Below, piece by piece: positions 25,876-40,071 of a stretch of 64,000 nt of DNA (position 1 is the first letter of the stretch; each line of letters opens with the position of its first letter). The DNA lies in NCBI GenBank assembly GCA_002269645.1, contig NIVC01000592.1, positions 372,001-436,000 on the forward strand. The letters run 5' to 3'. The notes beneath the pieces were generated by a model that made no database searches, was not told where the DNA came from, and saw only the letters and a list, made by a program, of their open reading frames with translations. This DNA is from Macrostomum lignano (Eukaryota). A program made the translations under genes and the position numbers.

Positions 25876-27388
25876 GATACAACGAGAGTTAAAAGTCTAT
25901 AATTAAATTGGCACAACTGTAAAATATTTAGCAAAAGCCTGTGGTTTTGTTTCGCTATCAAATATGAGGACTTGACACGATACGAGTACTGACGTAATGA
26001 AGGTCTGTGCGCGCGCGCTAATTCCAGGAAATAATTGTATTTCGAAATGGTACGAAAAATGAGCCCCCGAATTCCGGAAAATCTAACTACTTGAAATATA
26101 GTTAATAACCGAAATTAATCACTGTAAATTTAATCAGCATTCTATCAAAGCCCGTTTATACTTTTGATAGACTTATTTGAGATATTAGTTGAGTCTGATC
26201 GAGTTATGTGTGTGATCGATTTTAGCAAAAACATCTCTGCCGATTTTCTTCGAACTTTATATCTACGAGTACCAAAGAAGCACTGGCCTTGTAGCGTCAA
26301 GGAACAAAGGGTTTTCCCTAATTAGACGCCGTCACGCCGGAATGTTCTGTTCAAGACCTTAAATGCTCAGAACTGATAATTACAGTATCAATTTATTATT
26401 TGTAAATGTCATGACTCGCATCATTTGTTTCAAGCCTTTCGGCCTTTAAATCTGCTGTTTTCATCTATATACAAGCACGTCTAGTCGTACTACAGTGCAT
26501 GCATATTAAACAATTTGATAGCTTGATAGATGTTGACAGCTTAATTATCTTCGCCCAAGCTCCATAGCTGCATGCTTTATGTTTGATCTCGGGGAAAAAG
26601 ATAATTTATTGCAAGATAATTCTCATGCACGTGGTGCATACCTACGCGGAGGTAATTTTTTATCTAAGCCATTTAATCAGGACTTAATCTGCTTTTCTTC
26701 GTGTTCTCAAACTTTACCGTACGTACATGTGCAAGTTACATAGCGGAATCAAGGACCTTGAGCGGAATGGGCGACCCTCGTCTCCCCGCTGTCTACGGAC
26801 CACCCTGTATAGCTAAGTCAATAAATGTTACATGTAGCTACAGAAGCTCAACGATATGAAAGACAGCTTGTTCCACAAGAACAAGACGCCGAAGTGCATT
26901 CTATGATGAGGGCTGGAAATCATTATTACTTTCTTTCAAACTATAATTGCTACAAAAAGCCCATTCTCACCCTAACGTTCCTCTGATCTCTTTCCCTTTG
27001 ACTGTGCAAATTGCTCATTCTCTGCTTCTAAGCCTGTGTAGCTCATAATAAATGTGTTTCGACCCAGCAGTTTTTGTACTCAGAGCCAATTGCACACCGC
27101 AGTTGCTTGCTGCTGCAGCCCAACTAAGTGTGCACACTAGAGCGGCCTGACGCCACGCGGTTGCCCTTGGCAACAAAGCAGCCAACCCCACGGCCAACCC
27201 GTCTATTGAGCGCACATTTCTAAAAACCTTGGACTACGCACTCTCTCCACTGAGCTCAATATACAGTAACATAATATAAGCTCAGCACAGCTAGCGCTTT
27301 GCATTGAAAATCTGTTTAATAAAGCCTTAGCTAAATTCAGCCGACGATAATTCTCAAACTAACTGCAGCTGCTTCTTTTGCGATCGCC

Positions 27389-30107
27389 ATGACGCTGCAA
27401 TTTCGCTGGGAGGAACGCTTTCTCTACAGGCAGGAGCCTTGGATACTGAAGCGTAAGTAAATACAGATAGACGGTGCTAGACGAATCCAGGTGTCACCAG
27501 TGTGGTTTATGGATTACCATGCAGTATTAGAGCCAGGTGTCACCAGTGGCTCATGGATTACCTGTCACCAGTGGCTCATGGATTACCAAAGTGTCAGACA
27601 GAGCCAGGTGTCACCAGTGGCTCATGGATTACCAAAGTGTCAGACAGAGCCAGGTGTCACCAGTGGCTTATGGATTACCAAAGTGTCAGACAGAGCCAGG
27701 TGTCACCAGTGGCTCATGGATTACCTGTCACCAGTGGCTCATGGATTACCAAAGTGTCAGACAGAGCCAGGTGTCACCAGTGGCTCATGGATTACCAAAG
27801 TGTCAGACAGAGCCAGGTGTCACCAGTGGCTCATGGATTACCAAAGTGTCAGACAGAGCCACGTGTCACCAGTGGCTCATGGATTACCAAAGTGTCAGAC
27901 AGAGCCAGGTGTCACCAGTGGCTCATGGATTACCAAAGTGTCAGACAGAGCCAGGTGTCACCAGTGGCTCATGGATTACCAAAGTGTCAGACAGAGCCAG
28001 GTGTCACCAGTGGCTCATGGATTACCAAAGTGTTAGACGGAGCCAGGTGTCACCAGTGGCTCATGGATTACCAAAGTGTTAGACAGAGCCAGGTGTCACC
28101 CGTGGCTCATGGATTACCAAAGTGTTAGACAGAGCCAGGTGTCACCAGTGGCTCATGGATTACCAAAGTGTTAGACAGAGCCAGGTGTCACCAGTGGCTC
28201 ATGGATTACCAAAGTGTCAGACAGAGCCAAGTGTCACCAGTGGCTCATGGATTACCAAAGTGTCAGACAGAGCCAGGTGTCACCAGTGGCTCATGGATTA
28301 CCAAAGTGTCAGACAGAGCCAGGTGTCACCAGTGGCTCATGGATTACCAAAGTGTCAGACAGAGCCAGGTGTCACCAGTGGCTCATGGATTACCAAAGTG
28401 TCAGGCAGAGCCAGGTGTCACCAGTGGCTCATGGATTACCAAAGTGTCAGACAGAGCCAAGTGTCACCAGTGGCTCATGGATTACCAAAGTGTCAGACAG
28501 AGCCAGGTGTCACCAGTGGCTCATGGATTACCAAAGTGTCAGACAGAGCCAGGTGTCACCAGTGGCTCATGGATTACCAAAGTGTCAGACAGAGCCAGGT
28601 GTCACCAGTGGCTCATGGATTACCAAAGTGTCAGGCAGAGCCAGGTGTCACCCGTGGCTCATGGATTACCAAAGTGTCAGACAGAGCCAAGTGTCACCAG
28701 TGGCTCATGGATTACCAAAGTGTCAGACAGAGCCAGGTGTCACCAGTGGCTCATGGATTACCAAAGTGTCAGACAGAGCCAGGTGTCACCAGTGGCTCAT
28801 GAATTACGGAAGTGTCGGTGAACAAGGGCAGGTGTCCATGATTGACCATAGGATTACCAAAGCAGTCAGCCCAGCAACAAGCTTTGACTCCATCACCACC
28901 ATTCGACCGTTCTGCAGCCCAGCGCGACCACCTGATGAACATGACGGAGGACCTGCAGTCGGCGTTGAACTGCCTGACCAGCGACGCGAAGCGCGGCAGG
29001 GCCGCCCTGGCGCAAAGAATTCTGCACCCGTTCTGCTACCTGACCTGCGGCTCCGAGCTGGTGGCGCAGGGCGCCGAGGCCGCGGCTGACCGCCTGCTGG
29101 CAGGCTCAACCGACTGCCCGGACCGAGCGGGCCAGCGCCAGATCTGCACCGTCGGCTTCTATAAGGCGCGAGACTGCCGAGACAACCAGCTGTGCATTGT
29201 GCAGCAGTGCCGCATGTGCCAGCTGGGCGGAGACTGCCAGCAGACCTGGTAGGGGCCGTGCCTATCGCATATCTATTTGTGTCTATCCATGTCTATCGCA
29301 TATCTATCCGTGATTATCCATGTCTATCCCATTTCTATCCCTATCTAGCCATGTCTATCCCATATATATCCCTATCTAGCCATGTCTATCCAATATCTAT
29401 CCCTATCTAGCCATGTCTATCCCATATCAATCCCTATCTAGCCATGTCTATCCCATATCTATCTGTGTCTAGCCACGTCTATCGCATATCTACCCGGGTC
29501 TAGCTCCGTCTATCCCATATCTATCTGTGTCTAACAATGTCTATCCCACATCTATCCGTATCTAACCATGTCTATCCCATATCCATCCGTCTATCCATGT
29601 CTATCGTATGTCTCTGTATCTAACCATGATATTCCCATATCTGTCCGTATCTAGCCATGTCTATCCTACATGTATATCTATCCGTATCTAACCATGTCTA
29701 TCCCATATATATCCGTGTCAAGCCACGTCCATCGCATATCTACCCGGGTCTAGCTCCGTCTATCCCATATCTATCTGGGTCTGGCCACATTTTTAACTTT
29801 ATCCGTCTCTATTCTACGTTTCCGGGACGATTCCAAGTCAACCCGTCTTCTTTGTATATACTAGGAGCGTAGTTCTACGTCTATCTTATCCTATCCAGCT
29901 CTAAGCACGCCAATTCCACTCCCATCCTCCACTCTACCGACGCTCAACCCAACCGCAAACCTCCCTCATTCCCGCCGCAGCCTCAGCCTGATCTGGAAGC
30001 CCATGACCAACGGCGAATGGCGCCTCTTCGTGCTCGCCACGGCGACTGCTGACGGCGACGTCGCACCCGCCGACTATCTGGGCTTCCGCCGCCTGCTGGA
30101 CCTGTGA
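27389..30107 (+). CDS. Uncharacterised Cys-containing protein, ~173 aa, 3 exons (possible NTF2/SnoaL-like fold)
   Basis: Exons 27389-27452, 28918-29248, 29981-30107 join in frame with GT-AG ends (522 nt): MTLQFRWEERFLYRQEPWILKPQRDHL...RILHPFCYLTCG...CLSLIWKPMTNGEWRLFVLATA...RRLLDL. GC-rich codons; AATAAA at ~30149 and ~30163. Family not recognised. Confidence 0.72.
27488..28830. repeat. Intronic minisatellite, 46-bp unit (gagccaggtgtcaccagtggctcatggattaccaaagtgtcagaca)
   Basis: About 28 near-identical copies; it produces six overlapping spurious ORFs. Confidence 0.97.
29265..29770. repeat. Degenerate intronic repeat (ctatcccatatctatc...tctagccatgt)
   Basis: Pyrimidine-rich degenerate tandem units in intron 2 of the 173-aa gene. 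Confidence 0.8.
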
Positions 30108-30847
30108 GAGGCAGCCGAGGCCGCGCAGATAACAGCGACAACAATAATTAATAAACCCAACAATAAAGCTTAGTTTATCTACCCGTCCAGGCACCTGTAA
30201 TTAAAAAAGAAAAACAAATATAACAGAAACCACCGAAACAAGTTTTAAAAATCAATTTAATGCCTTTGTTTAAAAAGTTTTATTCACATACAACTTTTAT
30301 TTATTGCTAAACGCACTGCATAGTACTAAAACTAAGAGCGGAAAAAGCCGCTAAAAACAACGGAGAAAAACGAAAAAAGCAGCAACAAAAAACGAGAAAA
30401 GTTTTCTGATCTGACTACTGATAGTGAAAACAGTAGTAAAAATGGGGCTAAATTTACCACACAGAACAGAATTAGGAAGAGCTGAGACAAATGCCAGCTT
30501 GCAAAGAAAAGCTGCAAGAACTGTAGAAAATACAGCAAAACAAGATTGTTCGAAACATTCGAATAGGAACGATTTAACTAACCATTTTTATTCTATAAAA
30601 AACAAAAACCAGTAAACCCTCAAAATCTCTTAATTTCTAAGAATATTACGTAATCTCAAGAAAATATGATTATAACAAAATCTTAGCAAAATCAAAACAT
30701 TGCTAACTGGGGAAAACCATGCTAAGCTGATTATTGGGGCAACAATGAGATACTGAGTAATTTAACAGAACTAACAAAACAAAGGAGCTGCCGGTAGTAC
30801 ACAGGCATGAGGAAAATCCTCACCGACAACAACTGTTGCAATTTGGG

Positions 30848-33800
30848 CACCTGTTGGGATCAGAGAGTTGATACACCTGTTGGGATCGGGGAGTTAATAC
30901 ACCTGCTGGGATCAGGCAGTTAATACACCTGTTGGGATCGGGGAGTTGATACACCTGCTGGGATCAGGGAGTTAATACACCTGTTGGGATCAGGGAGTTA
31001 ATACACCTGTTGGGATCAGGGAGTTAATACACCTGTTGGGATCGGGGAGTTGATACACCTGTTGGGATCAGGGAGTTGATACACCTGTTGGGATCAGGGA
31101 GTTAATACACCTGTTGGGATCAGGGAGTTAATACACCTGTTGGGATCAGGGAGTTAATACACCTGTTGGGATCAGGGAGTTAATACACCTGTTGGGATCA
31201 GGGAGTTAATACACCTGTTGGGATCAGGGAGTTAATACACCTGTTGGGATCAGGGAGTTAATACACCTGCTGGGATCAGGGAGTTAATACACCTGTTGGG
31301 ATCAGGGAGTTAATACACCTGTTGGGATCAGGGAGTTAATACACCTGTTGGGATCAGGGAGTTAATACACCTGTTGGGATCAGGGAGTTAATACACCTGT
31401 TGGGATCAGGGAGTTAATACACCTGTTGGGATCAGGGAGTTAATACACCTGTTGGGATCGGGGAGTTAATACACCTGTTGGGATCAGGGAGTTAATACAC
31501 CTGTTGGGATCAGGGAGTTAATACACCTGTTGGGATCAGGGAGTTAATACACCTGTTGGGATCAGGGAGTTAATACACACCTGTTGGGATCAGGGAGTTA
31601 ATACACCTGTTGGGATCAGGGAGTTAATACACCTGCTGGGATCAGGGAGTTAATACACCTGTTGGGATCAGGGAGTTAATACACCTGTTGGGATCAGGGA
31701 GTTAATACACCTGTTGGGATCAGGGAGTTAATACACCTGTTGGGATCAGGGAGTTAATACACCTGTTGGGATCAGGGAGTTAATACACCTGTTGGGATCA
31801 GGGAGTTAATACACCTGTTGGGATCAGGGAGTTAATACACCTGTTGGGATCAGGGAGTTAATACACCTGTTGGGATCAGGGAGTTAATACACCTGTTGGG
31901 ATCAGGGAGTTAATACACCTGTTGGGATCAGGGAGTTAATACACCTGTTGGGATCAGGGAGTTAATACACCTGTTGGGATCAGGGAGTTAATACACCTGT
32001 TGGGATCAGGGAGTTAATACACCTGTTGGGATCAGGGAGTTAATACACCTGTTGGGATCAGGGAGTTAATACACCTGTTGGGATCAGGGAGTTAATACAC
32101 CTGTTGGGATCAGGGAGTTAATACACCTGTTGGGATCAGGGAGTTAATACACCTGTTGGGATCAGGGAGTTAATACACCTGTTGGGATCAGGGAGTTAAT
32201 ACACCTGTTGGGATCAGGGAGTTAATACACCTGTTGGGATCAGGGAGTTAATACACCTGTTGGGATCAGGGAGTTAATACACCTGTTGGGATCAGGGAGT
32301 TAATACACCTGTTGGGATCAGGGAGTTAATACACCTGTTGGGATCAGGGAGTTAATACACCTGTTGGGATCAGGGAGTTAATACACCTGTTGGGATCAGG
32401 GAGTTAATACACCTGTTGGGATCAGGGAGTTAATACACCTGTTGGGATCAGGGAGTTAATACACCTGTTGGGATCAGGGAGTTAATACACCTGTTGGGAT
32501 CAGGGAGTTAATACACCTGTTGGGATCAGGGAGTTAATACACCTGTTGGGATCAGGGAGTTAATACACCTGTTGGGATCAGGGAGTTAATACACCTGTTG
32601 GGATCAGGGAGTTAATACACCTGTTGGGATCAGGGAGTTAATACACCTGTTGGGATCAGGGAGTTAATACACCTGTTGGGATCAGGGAGTTAATACACCT
32701 GTTGGGATCAGGGAGTTAATACACCTGTTGGGATCAGGGAGTTAATACACCTGTTGGGATCAGGGAGTTAATACACCTGTTGGGATCAGGGAGTTAATAC
32801 ACCTGTTGGGATCAGGGAGTTAATACACCTGTTGGGATCAGGGAGTTAATACACCTGTTGGGATCAGGGAGTTAATACACCTGTTGGGATCAGGGAGTTA
32901 ATACACCTGTTGGGATCAGGGAGTTAATACACCTGTTGGGATCAGGGAGTTAATACACCTGTTGGGATCAGGGAGTTAATACACCTGTTGGGATCAGGGA
33001 GTTAATACACCTGTTGGGATCAGGGAGTTAATACACCTGTTGGGATCAGGGAGTTAATACACCTGTTGGGATCAGGGAGTTGATACACCTGTGGGATCAG
33101 GGAGTTAATACACCTGTTGGGATCAGGGAGTTAATACACCTGTTGGGATCAGGGAGTTAATACACCTGTTGGGATCAGGGAGTAATACACCTGTTGGGAT
33201 CAGGGAGTTAATACACCTGTTGGGATCAGGGAGTTAATACACCTGTGGGATCAGGGAGTTAATACACCTGTTGGGATCAGGGAGTTAATACACCTGTTGG
33301 GATCAGGGAGTTAATACACCTGTTGGGATCAGGGAGTTAATACACCTGTGGGATCAGGGAGTTAATACACCTGTTGGGATCAGGGAGTTAATACACCTGT
33401 TGGGATCAGGGAGTTAATACACCTGTTGGGATCAGGGAGTTAATACACCTGTTGGGATCAGGGAGTTAATACACCTGTTGGGATCAGGGAGTTAATACAC
33501 CTGTTGGGATCAGGGAGTTAATACACCTGTTGGGATCAGGGAGTTAATACACCTGTTGGGATCAGGGAGTTAATACACCTGTTGGGATCAGGGAGTTAAT
33601 ACACCTGTTGGGATCAGGGAGTTAATACACCTGTTGGGATCAGGGAGTTAATACACCTGTTGGGATCAGGGAGTTAATACACCTGTTGGGATCAGGGAGT
33701 TAATACACCTGTTGGGATCAGGGAGTTAATACACCTGTTGGGATCAGGGAGTTAATACACCTGTTGGGATCAGGGAGTTAATACACCTGTTGGGATCAGG

Positions 33801-36800
33801 GAGTTAATACACCTGTTGGGATCAGGGAGTTAATACACCTGTTGGGATCAGGGAGTTAATACACCTGTTGGGATCAGGGAGTTAATACACCTGTTGGGAT
33901 CAGGGAGTTAATACACCTGTTGGGATCAGGGAGTTAATACACCTGTTGGGATCAGGGAGTTAATACACCTGTTGGGATCAGGGAGTTAATACACCTGTTG
34001 GGATCAGGGAGTTAATACACCTGTTGGGATCAGGGAGTTAATACACCTGGGGATCAGGGAGTTAATACACCTGTTGGGATCAGGGAGTTAATACACCTGT
34101 TGGGATCAGGGAGTTAATACACCTGTTGGGATCAGGGAGTTAATACACCTGCTGGGATCAGGGAGTTAATACACCTGTTGGGATCAGGGAGTTAATACAC
34201 CTGCTGGGATCAGGGAGTTAATACACCTGTTGGGATCAGGGAGTTAATACACCTGCTGGGATCAGGGAGTTAATACACCTGTTGGGATCAGGGAGTTAAT
34301 ACACCTGTGGGATCAGGGAGTTAATACACCTGTTGGGATCAGGGAGTTAATACACCTGTGGGATCAGGGAGTTAATACACCTGTGGGATCAGGGAGTTAA
34401 TACACCTGTTGGGATCAGGGAGTTAATACACCTGTTGGGATCAGGGAGTTAATACACCTGTTGGGATCAGGGAGTTAATACACCTGTTGGGATCAGGGAG
34501 TTAATACACCTGTTGGGATCAGGGAGTTAATACACCTGTTGGGATCAGGGAGTTAATACACCTGTGGGATCAGGGAGTTAATACACCTGTTGGGATCAGG
34601 GAGTTAATACACCTGTTGGGATCAGGGAGTTAATACACCTGTGGGATCAGGGAGTTAATACACCTGTTGGGATCAGGGAGTTAATACACCTGTTGGGATC
34701 AGGGAGTTAATACACCTGTTGGGATCAGGGAGTTAATACACCTGCTGGGATCAGGGAGTTAATACACCTGTTGGGATCAGGGAGTTAATACACCTGCTGG
34801 GATCAGGGAGTTAATACACCTGTTGGGATCAGGGAGTTAATACACCTGTGGGATCAGGGAGTTAATACACCTGTTGGGATCAGGGAGTTAATACACCTGT
34901 GGGATCAGGGAGTTAATACACCTGTTGGGATCAGGGAGTTAATACACCTGTTGGGATCAGGGAGTTAATACACCTGTTGGGATCAGGGAGTTAATACACC
35001 TGTTGGGATCAGGGAGTTAATACACCTGTTGGGATCAGGGAGTTAATACACCTGTTGGGATCAGGGAGTTAATACACCTGTTGGGATCAGGGAGTTAATA
35101 CACCTGTTGGGATCAGGGAGTTAATACACCTGTTGGGATCAGGGAGTTAATACACCTGTTGGGATCAGGGAGTTAATACACCTGTTGGGATCAGGGAGTT
35201 AATACACCTGTTGGGATCAGGGAGTTAATACACCTGTTGGGATCAGGGAGTTAATACACCTGTTGGGATCAGGGAGTTAATACACCTGTTGGGATCAGGG
35301 AGTTAATACACCTGTTGGGATCAGGGAGTTAATACACCTGTTGGGATCAGGGAGTTAATACACCTGTTGGGATCAGGGAGTTAATACACCTGTTGGGATC
35401 AGGGAGTTAATACACCTGTTGGGATCAGGGAGTTAATACACCTGTTGGGATCAGGGAGTTAATACACCTGTTGGGATCAGGGAGTTAATACACCTGTTGG
35501 GATCAGGGAGTTAATACACCTGTTGGGATCAGGGAGTTAATACACCTGTTGGGATCAGGGAGTTAATACACCTGTTGGGATCAGGGAGTTAATACACCTG
35601 TTGGGATCAGGGAGTTAATACACCTGTTGGGATCAGGGAGTTAATACACCTGTTGGGATCAGGGAGTTAATACACCTGTTGGGATCAGGGAGTTAATACA
35701 CCTGTTGGGATCAGGGAGTTAATACACCTGTTGGGATCAGGGAGTTAATACACCTGTTGGGATCAGGGAGTTAATACACCTGTTGGGATCAGGGAGTTAA
35801 TACACCTGTTGGGATCAGGGAGTTAATACACCTGTTGGGATCAGGGAGTTAATACACCTGTTGGGATCAGGGAGTTAATACACCTGTTGGGATCAGGGAG
35901 TTAATACACCTGTTGGGATCAGGGAGTTAATACACCTGTTGGGATCAGGGAGTTAATACACCTGTTGGGATCAGGGAGTTAATACACCTGTTGGGATCAG
36001 GGAGTTAATACACCTGTTGGGATCAGGGAGTTAATACACCTGTTGGGATCAGGGAGTTAATACACCTGTTGGGATCAGGGAGTTAATACACCTGTTGGGA
36101 TCAGGGAGTTAATACACCTGTTGGGATCAGGGAGTTAATACACCTGTTGGGATCAGGGAGTTAATACACCTGTTGGGATCAGGGAGTTAATACACCTGTT
36201 GGGATCAGGGAGTTAATACACCTGTTGGGATCAGGGAGTTAATACACCTGTTGGGATCAGGGAGTTAATACACCTGTTGGGATCAGGGAGTTAATACACC
36301 TGTTGGGATCAGGGAGTTAATACACCTGTTGGGATCAGGGAGTTAATACACCTGTTGGGATCAGGGAGTTAATACACCTGTTGGGATCAGGGAGTTAATA
36401 CACCTGTTGGGATCAGGGAGTTAATACACCTGTTGGGATCAGGGAGTTAATACACCTGTTGGGATCAGGGAGTTAATACACCTGTTGGGATCAGGGAGTT
36501 AATACACCTGTTGGGATCAGGGAGTTAATACACCTGTTGGGATCAGGGAGTTAATACACCTGTTGGGATCAGGGAGTTAATACACCTGTTGGGATCAGGG
36601 AGTTAATACACCTGTTGGGATCAGGGAGTTAATACACCTGTTGGGATCAGGGAGTTAATACACCTGTTGGGATCAGGGAGTTAATACACCTGTTGGGATC
36701 AGGGAGTTAATACACCTGTTGGGATCAGGGAGTTAATACACCTGTTGGGATCAGGGAGTTAATACACCTGTTGGGATCAGGGAGTTAATACACCTGTTGG

Positions 36801-37656
36801 GATCAGGGAGTTAATACACCTGTTGGGATCAGGGAGTTAATACACCTGTTGGGATCAGGGAGTTAATACACCTGTTGGGATCAGGGAGTTAATACACCTG
36901 TTGGGATCAGGGAGTTAATACACCTGTTGGGATCAGGGAGTTAATACACCTGTTGGGATCAGGGAGTTAATACACCTGTTGGGATCAGGGAGTTAATACA
37001 CCTGTTGGGATCAGGGAGTTAATACACCTGTTGGGATCAGGGAGTTAATACACCTGTTGGGATCAGGGAGTTAATACACCTGTTGGGATCAGGGAGTTAA
37101 TACACCTGTTGGGATCAGGGAGTTAATACACCTGTTGGGATCAGGGAGTTAATACACCTGTTGGGATCAGGGAGTTAATACACCTGTTGGGATCAGGGAG
37201 TTAATACACCTGTTGGGATCAGGGAGTTAATACACCTGTTGGGATCAGGGAGTTAATACACCTGTTGGGATCAGGGAGTTAATACACCTGTTGGGATCAG
37301 GGAGTTAATACACCTGTTGGGATCAGGGAGTTAATACACCTGTTGGGATCAGGGAGTTAATACACCTGTTGGGATCAGGGAGTTAATACACCTGTTGGGA
37401 TCAGGGAGTTAATACACCTGTTGGGATCAGGGAGTTAATACACCTGTTGGGATCAGGGAGTTAATACACCTGTTGGGATCAGGGAGTAATACACCTGTTG
37501 GGATCAGGGAGTTAATACACCTGTTGGGATCAGGGAGTTAATACACCTGTTGGGATCAGGGAGTTAATACACCTGTTGGGATCAGGGAGTTAATACACCT
37601 GTTGGGATCAGGGAGTTAATACACCTGTTGGGATCAGGGAGTTAATACACACCTGT
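30848..37656. repeat. Giant minisatellite array, 26-bp unit (acacctgttgggatcagggagttaat), ~6.8 kb, ~260 copies
   Basis: Read directly; very homogeneous, with no unique spacers. The copy number may be affected by assembly. Confidence 0.99.
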
Positions 37657-37707
37657 CGGTAAATCGATGCTACCTGTTGATAAGAGCTGTCAATCAGGAG
37701 TTGCCAG

Positions 37708-39902
37708 TTACTCCTCGCGCCGGCCGGTCAGCACGGCCTCGGTCCGCAGCGGCAGCAGCAGGCGCAGCAGCGACTTGGTCAGCTCGGCCTGAGCGCGCAG
37801 CAGGATGCAGAAGTCCTCCATGCGGCCCTCCAGGCCTTCGCTCTCGTACAGGTCGGCCATGACGGTCCTGAAGCTGTCGCCGAAGCTGTCGATCAGGTAG
37901 GCGCGCTTGGCGGCGCCCGGCGCAGCGGCGATGGTGCTGCGGATCAGCCCGGCCACCAGGCCAAACGGCTGCTTGGCCTTGACGGTCACCAGACAGAGCG
38001 ACGTCAGCAGCATCACCAGCTCGTTGCTGGCCGACTCGCTTTTCGACATTCGACGCGCCATGCCGTTTAGCACCAGGCGGCTCACCTGGCAGCCGGCCAT
38101 GAGCAGCACGCAGGCGGAGTTCTCGGACAGCCAGGCGGTGGGCAGCCTGCGCAGGGATGACAAACGGAATTGCCTGAGGCGACCATTTGATTTCACGAGT
38201 GCCAACTGTCAAAAGCCACACTTTTTTTAAGCGAAGCGACATTGTCGCACAACCGGCGAGAGGCATCACTGCCCGATGAAAACAATGTCTAGGCCAAGAA
38301 GCGTCTCAGAGTCGTTTTAGAGACGCAGATCACAGATTCACAGGTAAAATAGGAAAGAGGTGACTCTAAACGACTCTAAAACGACGAGATGTCACGGTAC
38401 AAGCCGCCAAAAAGTCGGGTCAAAGAGCCGCTCAAGAATCACTTTGAAGACTCTGGGGCGCCGCAAGCGACTCTGGGGCCGCAAAGTCGTATTTGAGAAG
38501 CGCTAGACTCTTTCGCGACTCTTTTACGATTCTGCAGCTCGTGACGCGCTTGTGACGCAACAGTCGCATTAGACGCGTTTGAGTCGTTAAAAAAACACAA
38601 GAGTTGCCCCAGAATCGCAAGAGTCACTAGAGAGTTGTTTGCAATGACTCTTTAGCGATTCTTGCCATGGTAACGTTTCCAACGGGCTGCCCATTCCACC
38701 GACTCCCCTGAGCAGGCACACAAGCGCGCGGATGCGTACACTGTACTGTGCCCTGGGGGTTGGCTCCGAAGGTCGTTAATTGCACGAGCAGAGCCAAGCC
38801 GAGATTCCAATTCAGCCCCAAGTTAATGTGACTGTAATTGAAATCGAGCCTGGGCCGCGCTCTAGCGCCACAGACTGGCGCTCGCGCCTCACCTGGTCAG
38901 CTCTTCGAACAGGCGCGGAATTCGCGGCCGCAGCTTCTTGTCAGTGTAGAGGGCGCGCAGGGCGTCGCCAAGGCTGCCGAAGCAGGCGTCGATTTGGGCG
39001 GCGCTGGCTGCTGTGCTGCGGGACATGTCGCGCCACATCACCCGCGACTCGAACGTCGGCCCGAGGGTGACGAACAGCAGCCAGGCGGCCGGCCGGGACC
39101 GCCAGGCGGCCAACAGGCGGCAAAAGCGGCGCCAGCGCTGCCGCTCGGAGCAGACGGCCAGGAACAGGTGGCGGATGAAGAGGCGGACGCGGAAATCGTC
39201 GACTGCGGAGACGGGAGCGCCGCCAGACGAGACGGCGAGCTCGGCGACGGTCAGCAGGGTGGGTCTCCGCCGGGAGCTGCGCGGGTCGAACAGGCGGAGC
39301 AGCGCCAGTCCGGCGGGGTCCAGCCAGCGGGCCGGCCACCCGGCGGTGAACTCGCCGACCAGCAGGCCGGCGGCCGAGTAGTGGGCGCGCACCTCCCGGA
39401 TGGTGGCGCCCGGCTCGGCGGCGGCGAGGCAGGACGGCATCAGGTAGCGGTGAAGGAGCCGCAGACGGTCTGGCAAGGCGTCAAAGCAGCTGAGCCGCTT
39501 TAGCAGGCGGCCAGCGCGGACAAATTTCGAGTCGGAGCAAGCGACGTCGGAGGAGGCGGCGGCGGAGGTCGGCGAGCCGACGAGATTTGGCATGGACGCG
39601 CGGAGCAGCCTGCAGGCGTAGGCGGACTCGGTGAATTCGCGGACAAGATGGTGGAAGCTGCGGCAGGTGCAGGCCAGTTGGCCGAGATCGTCGGCGTCCA
39701 GACAGCCGCTGGCGAGGATGCGGAACAGCAGCTCCGGCGGCAGGTTGGCGAGGCCTCGGCTTGGCGGCTGCTCGCTTGGGCGGCTCCGCTTGGCCGGTGG
39801 CGCAGACGGGCTGCGGCGGCGCTTGTGGCAGTCGACTGCCGAAGCTTCGGCAGCGGCTGCGGTTGCAGACATCTGGCATAGAGTCGTCCAGCGGTGCAGC
39901 AT
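37708..39902 (-). CDS. FBXO47: F-box only protein 47 (FBXO47/PROM-1-like meiotic F-box protein), ~482 aa
   Basis: Exons 38893-39902 and 37708-38146 in frame (1449 nt). F-box LANLPPELLFRIL...DLGQLACTCRSF. Downstream blocks GRLLKR, FTAGW, RVRLFIRHLFL, LLFVTLGP, LPTAWLSENSACVLLMAG, LLRAQA resemble the FBXO47 family as I recall it. Confidence 0.8.
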
Positions 39903-40071
39903 GACGATTGGGACCGGCGAGCTGCGATGAATATTGATGGATGATGGGGGACAGAGACTGGAGGTGTTGCGACAGAGACTGGAGGTGTTGCGTTTGGTTA
40001 AATAAAGAAATTTTGAGTAGGTTCTCCTAAGACTGGTTCAGAATCGGTTAAATCGGGGTAAACCGGAGTAG

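Noticed and set aside
27491-29089. Six overlapping CHQWLMDYQ ORFs
   Set aside because: Stop-free frames of the 46-bp intronic minisatellite; the real exon starts at 28918.
30848-37656. CRISPR-like array
   Set aside because: Repeats are head-to-tail with no unique spacers, there are no cas genes, and the context is eukaryotic.
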